Shown here one piece after another: positions 34,601 to 45,381 of a DNA stretch of 64,000 nucleotides. Both the position numbers and the translations under genes were made by a program. Within the stretch, counting starts at the first letter, position 1. Every line of letters begins with the position of its first letter. Source of the DNA: Microthyrium microscopicum (Eukaryota). The stretch is taken from contig MU004235.1 of the NCBI GenBank assembly GCA_010405405.1, positions 696,538-760,537 of the forward strand. The letters run 5' to 3'. The notes beneath the pieces are model-generated. The model saw only the letters and a program-made list of their open reading frames with translations, did not search any database and was not told the DNA's origin.

Positions 34601-35971
34601 TAAATCGGCAGTATCAAGTCAGCGAAACTGAGTCATTCTCAACACAACAGCCTGGACATTTTCTGGCCCCACGCCTGAACAGCTTGCTAGAAATGGGCAA
34701 ACACAGTCGTCAATCCAGCACTTTGGGCACTATTATCGCACCTCCTAACCCATTGGAGAGAGTGGCATCGTTCAATCAGAATGATGCTACACAAAGTTTT
34801 CATAACCTGTTACGCGTCTACTTATTGCACACTTCTCCGGTTCCTAACCTTCTGACTCTGCTCGAATTTGGCTATTAGCCAAAGTCTTACCGATACCCAC
34901 TGACCTTGCATTGACGCGTTACAAAATAACCTTTTTCTCTGGGCCGCCGACACAAGTGGGGCTGTGACACTGCTAACGAGACTCGCTATTAGGGATTTGA
35001 TGCCGACCACAAGGACATTGCGCTCCTCAGACTGCGAAACTTTACAATACATCGCAGTCTTGCGGACCACGAAGTGATGGGATCCAACGGCATCAATCGA
35101 GTCGCCGAGATGATCGGTATTCTAAAGCCATGGGTAAGTTCCTTTCCAAACTTCGTCTCGTCCCCAATCTCCTTCTTCTCTCCGATGCTCTATCCCGACT
35201 AGTCTACCACCGTTTGGCGCCCCGCCGTAAGGGCTGGAGGCCTGGATGGCTATGTCCGTCTTTGGCTGCGACTTACTAGGTGTTTCCTTGTTTAATAAGG
35301 AGGCATCGGTTTCCCTTGAGAACGATTGTGTTCGTCTCTTGAGTATCATTGGGCGCCGATATTCGAATATTGCATGAAGCACGCGCATAGGCCTCGCCTC
35401 TCAGCAGAGGCCTTTTGCCGGTGATTCCATTTTGTCTAATGGTCCATATCAATGTGCTTGCAAACGGGTTCGTATGCGACGCGGCAACGGCATTGAGGAG
35501 ATCTAGTCTCAGGGAAAGTAGCGTTCGGCGACGCCCATGTCAATCAGACTGAGGTCACAAGGATCTCTTGTCTCGAAGACGCAGCATCAGGGGCTTCACT
35601 GTAAAGGTGCTGTGTAAACTATTCATGGAGAAAGATGGCAGCTCGATTGGCTGATGGGCCAGTCACCTTTTGTTTGAGGAGATCGGTTCTCTTACGGGGC
35701 AATAGCGACCATTCTAAGGGTGATCCCAGTCGACACGAGCCTTGCAAGCATGGAGTGTAGCTCAAGTTGGCTGCTTCTCTCTTTGCATCGAATGCGCTTG
35801 CCTATTGACGAAGCTGTTACTGACCATGATGCATAGATCACCTATCTCAATAGTGTTGTAATGCCTGATGAAGATGATGACGAGGACGATGATGATGTAG
35901 AGGATGAGGACGATGATGAAGTTGAGGGTGAGGGTGAAGCAGGAGAAGATGGAGATGACGGCGACGAATAA
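31680..35971 (+). CDS. DUF2461 (TIGR02453-like) protein, 8 exons: 31680-32205, 32489-32604, 32699-32752, 32844-32863, 32912-32982, 33705-33907, 34993-35133, 35837-35971
   Basis: Spliced product reads continuously: IHPNTMLFLGDLRQNNNREWLK|MNDPDYR...ELPIKDL|VFRIHRDVRFSKDQTPYK|TAFAASW|SRTGRKGPFAKYYFHIKPG..|GGLWQPEA...ALKTKPK|GFDADHKDIALLRLRNF...LKPW|ITYLNSVVMPD + acidic tail. FRIxRDxRFSKDxTPYK is the DUF2461 hallmark. All junctions are GT..AG with branch-like motifs and correct phase. Confidence 0.9.
32267..32424 (+). ncRNA. Candidate intronic two-hairpin (box H/ACA-like) RNA in DUF2461 intron 1
   Basis: Hairpin 1 CCGTCCCTG(32267-75)/CAGGGATGG(32324-32), then ANANNA-type ACACTA (32334-39). Hairpin 2 TTGGTTGTCT(32356-65)/AGACAACCAA(32408-17) plus GCTCGCCG/CGGCGAGC, then ACA (32419-21). 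No rRNA target identified. Confidence 0.4.
33033..33665 (+). ncRNA. Candidate large structured RNA element in DUF2461 intron 5
   Basis: Nested long-range stems ACATGGAG(33033-40)/CTTCATGT(33658-65), GGTGGA(33050-55)/TCCACC(33595-600), AGAGCAAG(33067-74)/TTTGCTCT(33550-57); local hairpin GTGGCTCAG/CTGAGTCAC (33148-73). Confidence 0.35.
33941..34926 (+). ncRNA. Candidate large structured RNA element in DUF2461 intron 6
   Basis: Stems CAGGCT(33941-46)/AGCCTG(34649-54) followed by ACA(34656-58); GTGTTGAG(34185-92)/CTCAACAT(34518-25); AAGCAGG(34316-22)/CCTGCTT(34454-60); GTGGCCGT/ACGGCCAC(34462-96); ACGCGTC(34812-18)/GACGCGT(34913-19) followed by ACA(34921-23). Confidence 0.35.
35196..35738 (+). 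ncRNA. Candidate large structured RNA element in DUF2461 intron 7
   Basis: Nested stems CGACT(35196-200)/AGTCG(35728-32) immediately followed by ACACGA, CACC/GGTG, CCGTAAGGG(35225-33)/CTCTTACGG(35689-97), TGGGCG-CCGA(35350-59)/TCGG..CGCCCA(35525-37); 12-bp hairpin 35279-35307. Confidence 0.38.
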
Positions 35972-36463
35972 TAGGATTGGCCAAGTTGTAGAACATGATG
36001 TCTTATTGCGATGATCACAGACTGACAGTCTTCACTGCGCCAATACAGTAGTCTGGGAAGTTAAAATTTAATCGCGATTTGTGAGCGTATTATGCGACTT
36101 ATCGCCGTGAGTTTACCGGTAGCTGCAGGATTGTTACTTGCAAGAATTCAAGCAAAGACTTGAATATAAGGATAGACCAATGAATCGTGGCAAAGTTGAC
36201 TTCTGCATGATAACCTTCGCAAGAAACAATATTTAGCATCCATGGTGAGAGGGAGTGTTCAACAATGCTCTCAACAAATGTTCCAAGCGAATAACGGATC
36301 GTCCAGTTCTTTGCTGGAGAGATTTCAATTTGGAAAGAGCACCCATCACAACACTACATACGCTCTTTGCTATTCCCTCATAACTCTCTAACTTCATGTC
36401 TTGTTCTGGGGTTCATCTTACGTTACATTTTCCTTGTCTGTTATAATTACTGCTCTGATCATA

Positions 36464-36682
36464 CAGTAGAGAATCCTGCAGATGCAGGTTGTCTAAACCT
36501 ATTTGGGATTTCAAATTTGGAGCTTACTAAGTCCCAGTTTGCTGGCTCTCTCGTATCGAATGTGTGGTATTCCAACTATTCGCTTACCAAAGTGCCAGTC
36601 TATAGAACATGATTGGTGAAATATTCAAATTTTGAAATCTCAAATAGGTTTAGACAACCTGCATCTGCAGGATTCTCTACGG
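36464..36682. mobile_element. MITE (Tc1/mariner-pogo type), 219 bp
   Basis: TA|CAGTAGAGAATCCTGCAGATGCAGGTTGTCTAAACCTATTTG... and ...CAAATAGGTTTAGACAACCTGCATCTGCAGGATTCTCTACGG|TA: ~55-bp near-perfect TIRs and TA duplication (36462-3, 36683-4). Confidence 0.9.
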
Positions 36683-39600
36683 TATGCTATTGTATTGCAT
36701 GTGCGTTTTCATTGCCTACAACGGCCAGCGTGAACCCTTGGTAAATGGGCATCGCGATGGCTGCAAGTCAGGGACTCGGGGTTGACTGGCTTGCCATCCC
36801 TTTCAAAACCAGATATGGTCCACGCCCTGTGCAACTGGTCTACAATGCTCAACAGCTCTGGTAACTGGTGACTGCTCATATGTTTCCATGTCGACCAACG
36901 CAGACACATCATGCATGATGTGTGGTAGCACCACATATCAACCATTCCGAGAGCTCGCAATAAACTTCACTGGCCTGTCTGCACTTTGTATAGTAAAGAA
37001 TGCTCCCAGCAAAGTAGACAAGAAGAGCTCGTAGGCTCAACCAAACGTCCAGGCATTTTCCCTTTCCAGGCGAGGCGTCACAGATAGCGACGCTTACTCT
37101 TTCGTCTTCGTGAGGAGCCTTGTCTCAGCTTTGCATTGCACCCGCCAGTCAATTTGCGCAAGGCCTTGGTGAATTCATCGTCGAGAGTTTTGACCATCTC
37201 AAATTGATACCTCCTTCAAAGCTTCGAATCTCCTTGCTGCAGGATATCACACGCATTGCATCTCATGGCTCCGTGTTCTTCGACGTGGCATTCTCTAAGA
37301 GGGGAAGACACCTCGTCTTCGAAAGCTGCGTGATCAAGCGCAAGAAGCGCCTTAGGACGGCGCATGTTGACCTCACTTGCATGCATTCGCGGCCATTTGA
37401 GGATTGGTGTCCCATGATTCACAGCCATCCGCTCGGTTATAGCGTTTGTGAGGAGCCAGCACATAATCATCCTCATCTTAGCGCGGCAGAGATCCTAGAA
37501 TGCTAGGATTGAAGTGTCAGGCTGGTTGTTAGTGCTACCATCATTTCAGCCATATTATCTTTAATATCGGCAGTCAAAGTCTCAATCAAATGAAAGCCTA
37601 CCCGGAATACGAGGGTTGTTGGGCGAGGCTCCAAATCAGGTTCTTTACATATGCTTAGCTGCCGAAAGAGGCCATAGCCGACCCCTCCAAGATAGCCTTG
37701 TGCCCTTCGATAGACTTTCCGGCGGCCTGTCAGTCTGTACAAGAGCATCCCAGCTCTCCAGAGACATTTGCGAAGGCGAAAGTAATTCTGCCGTCAATCC
37801 CTGGCTACAGGTAGTTGTCACTATCACATCATTTAGCGGTGAGTATAATCGGCTAAGAGCGGAGGCTCACTAATTTCCCCAGACGAATGCTTTTGAGCCA
37901 TCCTAGGCAGCATAAACTGGTCGCCTTCCTCCGAGGTCAGCACTCCATCAGATATATTCACAGCAAAGGCTTTGTCAAGCCCATCAATGCTCGCATGCAG
38001 CTGCCTGATACATTAGCATCTCACACCCATGACCAGATTCAAAGCTCTCGCTTCCCACTAATTCATCGCTCGTTTATCCTAATTTCATGCAAAATCACAG
38101 TGGCAAGGCTTTAAAGACTGACCATTGGTCCCAGCAAGCGGCAAAGACCGTTCCGTCACTGAGTCCCCATAGCTGGGTCCCAGATTTCTTGATGGTCGCC
38201 AATGGATGTGTGAACAAAGTGCGGATCTAAAGGGAGGGCCCGTTGCAACTTGCATGATGATACGATCACCTGATCATAGCCGGGCCTGCCGTCAGCACCA
38301 ATAAGACAGTTAAAGTGGTCGGGTCCAGCTGAAGGTGGGCCGTGGCGCTGATGGATATCAGAAGGGTTGGTGGATCCTCTTGCTCTCCTTGGCCTGTGCT
38401 TGCTGACTACTCAATCGGGCTAGCTTCAGTCTCACGGCATGGTAATGGTAATATCGGCAAATTGCGTAACCTGTCTAGCGCGATATGCTGCGGCAGCGTC
38501 GGACCGAACAAGAATTCCCGATGCAATAAGCGAACGAAGCTGGTCTCCCACCCTGGATTCTGGAATGATCGCGATTTTGCTTTTTCGTTGTCCACATGAT
38601 GGGATGATGACTTTGATCTAGATATGCACTGTATTATTCTTGTGATATTTGACCGTCTATCAGTCTTTTGACTTCAAGCTAACACTCACCGCATTTAAGG
38701 ATTTGGATGCTGTTTGACGTCATGCATTGGGCTGGCCTCCATTCGCAAGCTAGGTACTGGTGGAAGTTGGTTGGACAGTTTTCCAATTTGGTGGGGCGGG
38801 TACGATAATGGAAGTACAACAAGCAAATCTCCCATCGCATTCGGTGGGTAACATAACACTCGATCAGTAACGCATTGTATGGTAGCCATCGACTGCGATG
38901 CGAGTTCACGGTTTAATTTCGAAAAGACCAAGTGGGATTTTCAGGTGTGTTAGCTGCAACCACAATCTTGAGCTAACAAATTCTAGCGCCGAAGGGGCCG
39001 CCCCGGCCCCCGGTCGGGTCGGGAGTTTCCATGCCAGTCATGCCATGATTCGACATTGATAACAAGATGATTGCCAGAATTCCGTTGTGTCCAGCGTAAA
39101 AGTCTCAATTTCAGACAATAGTTGATTGGGCGATAGGCTGCGCTGAATCCTAGAGCTTTACCATTCGTGTCAAATTTTTCACTTTTTGATTGCACGAGGA
39201 GGCACATTAAATCTTGCAAGGCAATTGCAGCAAAGTAAAGCATGCCCTCTGCCAAACTTCCTCCCTCTCTGACTCGAAACACGAGACTGAAGCAAAAGCT
39301 TCTGTCAGGTCCGGACGATGCAACGCTGTATTCTCGCTCACAAGGAAGGATCCTGATTGTTTCAGACCAGAAAATGCTCCATCTGGAAGCCCTGTCACTG
39401 CGGGCGCATAGCCCACTATGTATTCAAAGCATCAAGTCCCTAGCTTTCGCTTAGACATTTCTAGAATCCAGTTTGACAGACTCGAAGCAAGGCGTAACTT
39501 TGAATTATTCATTGATTAACTTGTAAATGCAGGACGGCAGCGCGGAGACATCCATGACGGTCCGCGGCGCTCCCTCATCGCCTCGTGATGCGCAAGCCGC

Positions 39601-42600
39601 ATAAACACTTCAATCAACCTGACGAAAGTTGCGCAAAGGGCGGCTAATCAGTGTTGTACGATCATGTGGGTTGCCGAAGTGGCACTTTGCATGCTTCTTG
39701 CAGATGCGATGCAAACCGACGAGTCTTAGGAGTGACAATCTGGTAGACGAGCTCTTGGAATAAGTTCGCGCAAAGGATATGGCAGCGTTCACTTGTAACT
39801 TGTCAACTTGGCAACTCTTTTAGCGACTCTTGGGTCAACCCCTGGTAGTACGACAACGTGGAGAGCCGCCCATTGCGGAAAGACTTGCCGTTCTTACCTG
39901 AGCACGGTAGCCGTAAAGGTTGCCTTGTACGCGAAATTTGCAAGCTCCCTGCTGAACTAACCTCCAATTAATTGCAATGATTACTCCGTACTTTCAAAGT
40001 CTCCGTGGGAGTCAGACGCCGAAACACACTCTCGACAAGAAGTGAGGAAAAGGATTCGACTAGATATGCAAGGCGTCGACGAGAGTTACACATCCCGCGG
40101 GTCCACTATTAGAGAGACAAGGGTAACGTTTTCACACCATCCACCGAAGAAAACCATTGATTGCCTCGTACAAGCGATGATGGTGTGAAGTGCACAAGGT
40201 CAGTGCTTCCACTGCAACGGCTTTTTACTACGACAGCTTCAGGCGCTTGACAGCCCTGGACGCTTGTGCTACCTGACCAGTGTAAAGGGACCCGATTGGG
40301 AGCCAATTTGGGTCTGTGAACTGTTTGGAAATTACCCGCGTTGGGCAAGCGCGAAATGTGGGATTGTCGCTGGTTACCGACACTTTGAAACCGGACGCAT
40401 ATCCCACAGAGTCAGAAGATCCAGCCTGGCCGTGCAATATGCAAGGGATGGCTTGTAAGTTGCTACGGGCATCTACCCTCAAAGAGAGGGTTAGACATGC
40501 CCAACCACCAGGCCGAGCAATTCTAGATTATCCTTCAGTGGTCCTGTGGCATGTGAGGGATAGACTACTCAATATGGGCACACTCTTTCTTTGCGCTCTG
40601 GTTCGTCAACAACCATAACTTTGCATTCTGGCCTACCCTTGGACAGCGACTCGTCAACAAGTACGTTGCTTACTGTAGGATGCGAGTGATGCGATGTTAA
40701 TTTGGGCGGAAAGCATGCGCATCCTGGGAACCGCGTCTGATTGTGCGCCCGTACCCACTAGCAATGCAAAAGTTGAACCTGGCGTCAAAAGGGAAAATGT
40801 GCAACTAGAAATTGACAGAACAAAGAACGCTGACGAGAACGTGATGAATCTCAGTATTTGTTTGATAATAATGCTTTCTTGGTTTGTTGTTGTCATCCCT
40901 TTCGAACCAGTAGGGCTCGCCTCGGGCCGCCTCCCGTGCCCCCGGGAGGTTGTAAGCGTTTCCGTAAACCGCGTCATTTCGGGTGCAAGGGTTGGTTTGA
41001 GGTACAATAATTCAAATCCCCATGACCCAGGGATGAAGTCAACGCTCGATACTGAGTGCCCTGCTCAGTCTATCAAGGGTTACGTCTCCTGGTTCGGGGT
41101 GTACCGTAGATCTTCGCTAGGAAATCAAGGGTATATGTGCCTTGATGATAGCGCGGCTGGGTATTCTAAGCGAACCATTTCCGCATAGTCTGAATTCTTT
41201 CAGAAATGTAGGATTTGGGTTTCTCCCCCAGCCTCACGTTTCTCTTTGAGTAGAGAGATTAGGAAGTCATGAAACATTATTGATCCAAGCTGTATCCGTG
41301 TATCCGTACTTGCTTTAAGGCATAGTTTTGAAGGGGTTCATGTAAGAGGATCATCCTGGCATCGGGTACGGCATGCATGGCAGACAAGGACGAGGCTTGG
41401 AAATAAATTTGCAAGCAGTTTCCCAAAACCCCTTGAGGCCCGATGAAAGACTACGTGCACGGCTACGAGTGGTGCAAACTATCAATTGTCTGTACATTAA
41501 CGCACTCTGCTACCCAGTCTAGCCAGCTGTAGCCTTAATCAGAGTGGTGAGGAGTGCATTATTGGCCTCTTTCTGTGACGAATACTGCATATTGTCGGGC
41601 GTCTAGTTGGCCCCAGGTTACGCAACATCCCGGCCCAGTTTGAAAGCTGGTGCAGTTGGTTTCTGCTAGAAGGATGAATAGCTTCGCTGTTAGATAGCTG
41701 CAACTCGACAAAAAGAGCGCACGGTAGGCTGTGTAACGAAAGACACGTTGGCTCATAATTTGGACTCGTTGGTAGGTGCCACGATGAGCAACTGCTTTGA
41801 TATTTGTCGTGTTTGTGTTGCGTCGGTCAATTTCGCTTCTATCCATAGCCATGGGCTTCCGTATCGTTATTAGTGAGTTTCTATTACCTGCATTGGCGAA
41901 CGCTCACGTGTTTGTGTCTTTTGACATCACCTCAAGGTTGCTCCAACGTGTGGAGAGAAACGGGTTCATAAGAAGATCTTTGGACATATACAAGGGATCA
42001 TATACAGTTCTCGTCCTTCAAGTTTCAACAGCTTTGGCCTGCATCAAAGCTTGCAGAGTTTTAGTTTGAGATTGATTTGACTCAAGAAACGATCGAAGCA
42101 TTGCACGGGAATCGCGGGTCGGTGTCGGCAGGGCCGCGAGGGCTACGTGCCGCGAATGCAGATGCCAGCAAAGTGCAAAAAATAATACGGGCCTGCCCGT
42201 CATGCTTGGTATCGTTCCGTGCTCCGTGTCGAATCTTTGCTAGTGAAAACTAGGTACTCGCTTTCTACTCGGCACACAATTAAAGCAATTTGAACCGAGT
42301 ACTAACTCGACTCGACATCAATATCACACAGGTAAAGCCCCCCACCGTCAGTACCACTTTGGTACTGCTGGCTCAGGTGTTGTTCTTGTTATGGGCGTTA
42401 TCATTGCTTCTTAAGGGGTTCATGGTTCCAGGTCGCCAGTCACTCATGTTTGAACGACTTGGTTGGCTCTGTCTCCACAGATGACCAGTTCAGTGGAGGC
42501 GCTAATAACGGAGTGGCGGGCTAGCGGAAGCTTCCAAGCTTCCCGTCCTAAACAATCCTTCGGGTCGTGGTGGTCTTCACGATAATTGGAGGGCCAAAAG

Positions 42601-44461
42601 CCACCGAACTGCTCAATCTCGCTCGACTAATGGGCGCTGCGTACAGGACCCATTGAAGGTTGTTTTCTGGCCCCCGGATTATGAGCTATATCTATCATTT
42701 GTGACAAGTGACAAATCTATCGGCATGTAAAGGCGCTCAGACAAAATACCTCTCAAAGATCCTGTACGCAGTAGCTTTCGCCTTATCAGGATTGCAGCAC
42801 TCAAATGCATCCTCAACACGAGTCACCAGTGCGGTGAGAACCTGACCAATGAGAAGAACAGAAAAGCATTTCCTTTCTTTTCAGACGATCCAAGTGGCGG
42901 CACCATGACCAATTCCTGGAAATTGAGTGGTTCAAAGCAACCACTCATCTGTCACTTTGTGGCAGCACGCTGTCAGGTCCAGTTGCGAAGCTTATGAACG
43001 TGTGGCTGGCGCTTTTCCACGACCATGCCGCAGAATGTAGTGATGAATCGCCATGGATTGGAAAAGAGTACAGGCGTCGGTGTGCAAAGCGGCTCGGTTC
43101 ACGCTTAAGGGAGGTGCTGCTCGTGATTGAGAAAACCGCATACACAATTACAATCCATGTGGCTCCAGGACCAACCTTGCTTCGCGTGGACAAAGTTTAG
43201 TTGAAGTTACTGACGCAAGGGAATGACAGGACATGGGTGCTTGCGAGTTGCGACAGTGGTGATGGCCCTTTGGAATGATCCTGGCAAAGTTTTCCGTAGC
43301 AGGGACATGGTGGGGACGGGACGACGGTGATGGGAGTTGACGACATGGTAGTAAAATAACAGAAGTGGGCTACAGATTGCTACAACGGTAATGCCGCCGT
43401 CAAACAGGAGGGTGGCCTCTTTCTGGGGATGTAGAATTATTAGAGCGCGCAGCCAGGAGTAGCACAAAGCAGCTGTGCTTCATCCACGCAACTGTAAGCT
43501 TTAGCCAACAAATTGCTCGCCTCACGCAGAAGCAGCGGTAAAAAGTAGAAAAGCCGCACTTCCCGCGCGGTGGGAACGGCTCGAGGCAGGGTCTAGGAAA
43601 AGCGAGACGAGAGGAGCGGTCCAGCGCAGAGCTTGTCGATTCAAACACATGTACCTTGGGCTGCACGCTGGTTGTACCCAAGATTAGTACATGAGAGGTA
43701 CATCAGACGGTTCCCTTGCTTGCTGGTGCTTGAACCCGGTCCTAACAGGTAGGCAGCACGGTTGTTGTTGGCTGATGGATGGTCAGCTCTGAAATGACGG
43801 AGCAGCACGTTGTGCCATGTTGTACAGAGTTTACTCGCGATGGATATCAATGGGCAGAAGTTCTGTCGCCAGTGTGCGGGATCTTGTGAGCTTTTGGCAG
43901 GCACCACAGATTCTCGAGTGAGAAGTGGTACTGGACAAGTCTCTGACAAGTCTCTGACAAGTTACGACGCTGTTCAGCCCACAGACATGACACGGATGGT
44001 GCAGGTCTTTGACTTCTGAAGAGGGCGAACTGAAGCGAGTCAGGCTGAGCCCAGCAAGACAAGTCCAAACTCCACAACAAGAATGGGGAGCAATTGCAGA
44101 GAAAATAAGTTACCAGCGATACGTGTGGCGGCGAAACAGGGATTTCGATGCCAAAACCATGTATTTTCAAGCCTGTCGGGAGCCCGGGAAGAGGCAGCGT
44201 TAACCTTGTTTCGTGGAGGCCCTTGATTCTTGAAAGGTCTGCGCTTTGGCATTTGCTGGCAAAGTCAAAGTGGTGGTTTTGATTTTGGAAGGGAAGTCGA
44301 GCCGGCTAAAGTTGATTAAACTACTAGTAGCTGATGGTCCATGGGCATGAATGGGTACAGGCTTGTCTGTGACAAGCACCACGATTCCCAAATAATCTCC
44401 CATTTCGTCTTGCTGCCGTTGACTTCTGGTCTTCCTGACTTCCAATCTCTCACAATCTCTC

Positions 44462-44464
<3 letters not shown>

Positions 44465-44494
<30 letters not shown>
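44465..44494. repeat. (TC)15 microsatellite in the pyrimidine-rich promoter/leader of the Zn2Cys6 gene
   Basis: Direct reading of the sequence. Confidence 0.95.
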
Positions 44495-44498
<4 letters not shown>

Positions 44499-45381
44499 TT
44501 CTTCTCTTTTGCTTCTATCCCTACTTCTCCAACTTATACATACACTTACTCTTCGCTCTCTCCATTCGTCGTCTCTAGTGTATCGTCCACCTAGGTAGTC
44601 TCTCCCGTTCAACCTCTATAGTCTGCTCAAGCCCCCATACCTCACTACTAGTATTTGTTGGCGGTCCAGCAAATCGCTCCAAACTAAAGGTACGCCATAT
44701 CCTTCTCAATCCCCATACACTTGCCAGGGCCTCCACCATACGTGCAGCACACCACCACCTTGCCGCGCCGCCGTTGTCTTTTTCTCCCTCCTACAGCTCG
44801 CTCTCTCTCGTGTCTCTCACCTCTACTGCCTCCTCCTTCTCAATTGTCATCTATCTTGCCTTCTCCATTGGAGCTCACACACTCACGACTTCCTGTTTTC
44901 CCACACTTCCTTCCTCGTTGTGACAGGAGCTACTTCCAAGTTGCACTGGATGGTCGCTCCTTCCCTCGTTTCTCCCGACATTCCTTCGCTCCTTCCCAAG
45001 GCGGGCCGACTCGCATTCCACCTGAATTCTCGTGCCAAGCATTGACCAGCTCATTATAGACCTTTTCCATCTCCTCGTTGGCTCGTCCATTACTCGATCA
45101 ATTCGTGTCGCTTCTTTTCTACCGCGCGCTGTTTTGCTTCAACTACCTCTTTGCAAGGTTGTCGTCGGAGCTGCTTGACGCCTTGTCCAACCACATCCGC
45201 TCCTCTACTACCACTACTACTTCAACTCTCGCCGTCTACTCCATTGGCGACCCGGTGCTATCGCCAGGCATGACTTGATCCTTTCTACGAGATTACTTCA
45301 TGTCAATTTCCTAACAACACTCCTACTTTTCCTCGGTGGCATTTTTCCTTTTGCGTTTCTTCTTCTCAAAACTCTATCGCC

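Noticed and set aside
34744..34751. CCTAACCC in DUF2461 intron 6 as a telomerase RNA template
   Set aside because: Only 8 nt and not the UAACCCUAA template I recall for filamentous ascomycetes; no pseudoknot or CR4/5 recognised; plausible by chance.
36700..38114. Short ORFs that might be a decayed gene
   Set aside because: No recognisable domain and no consistent frame or splice model.
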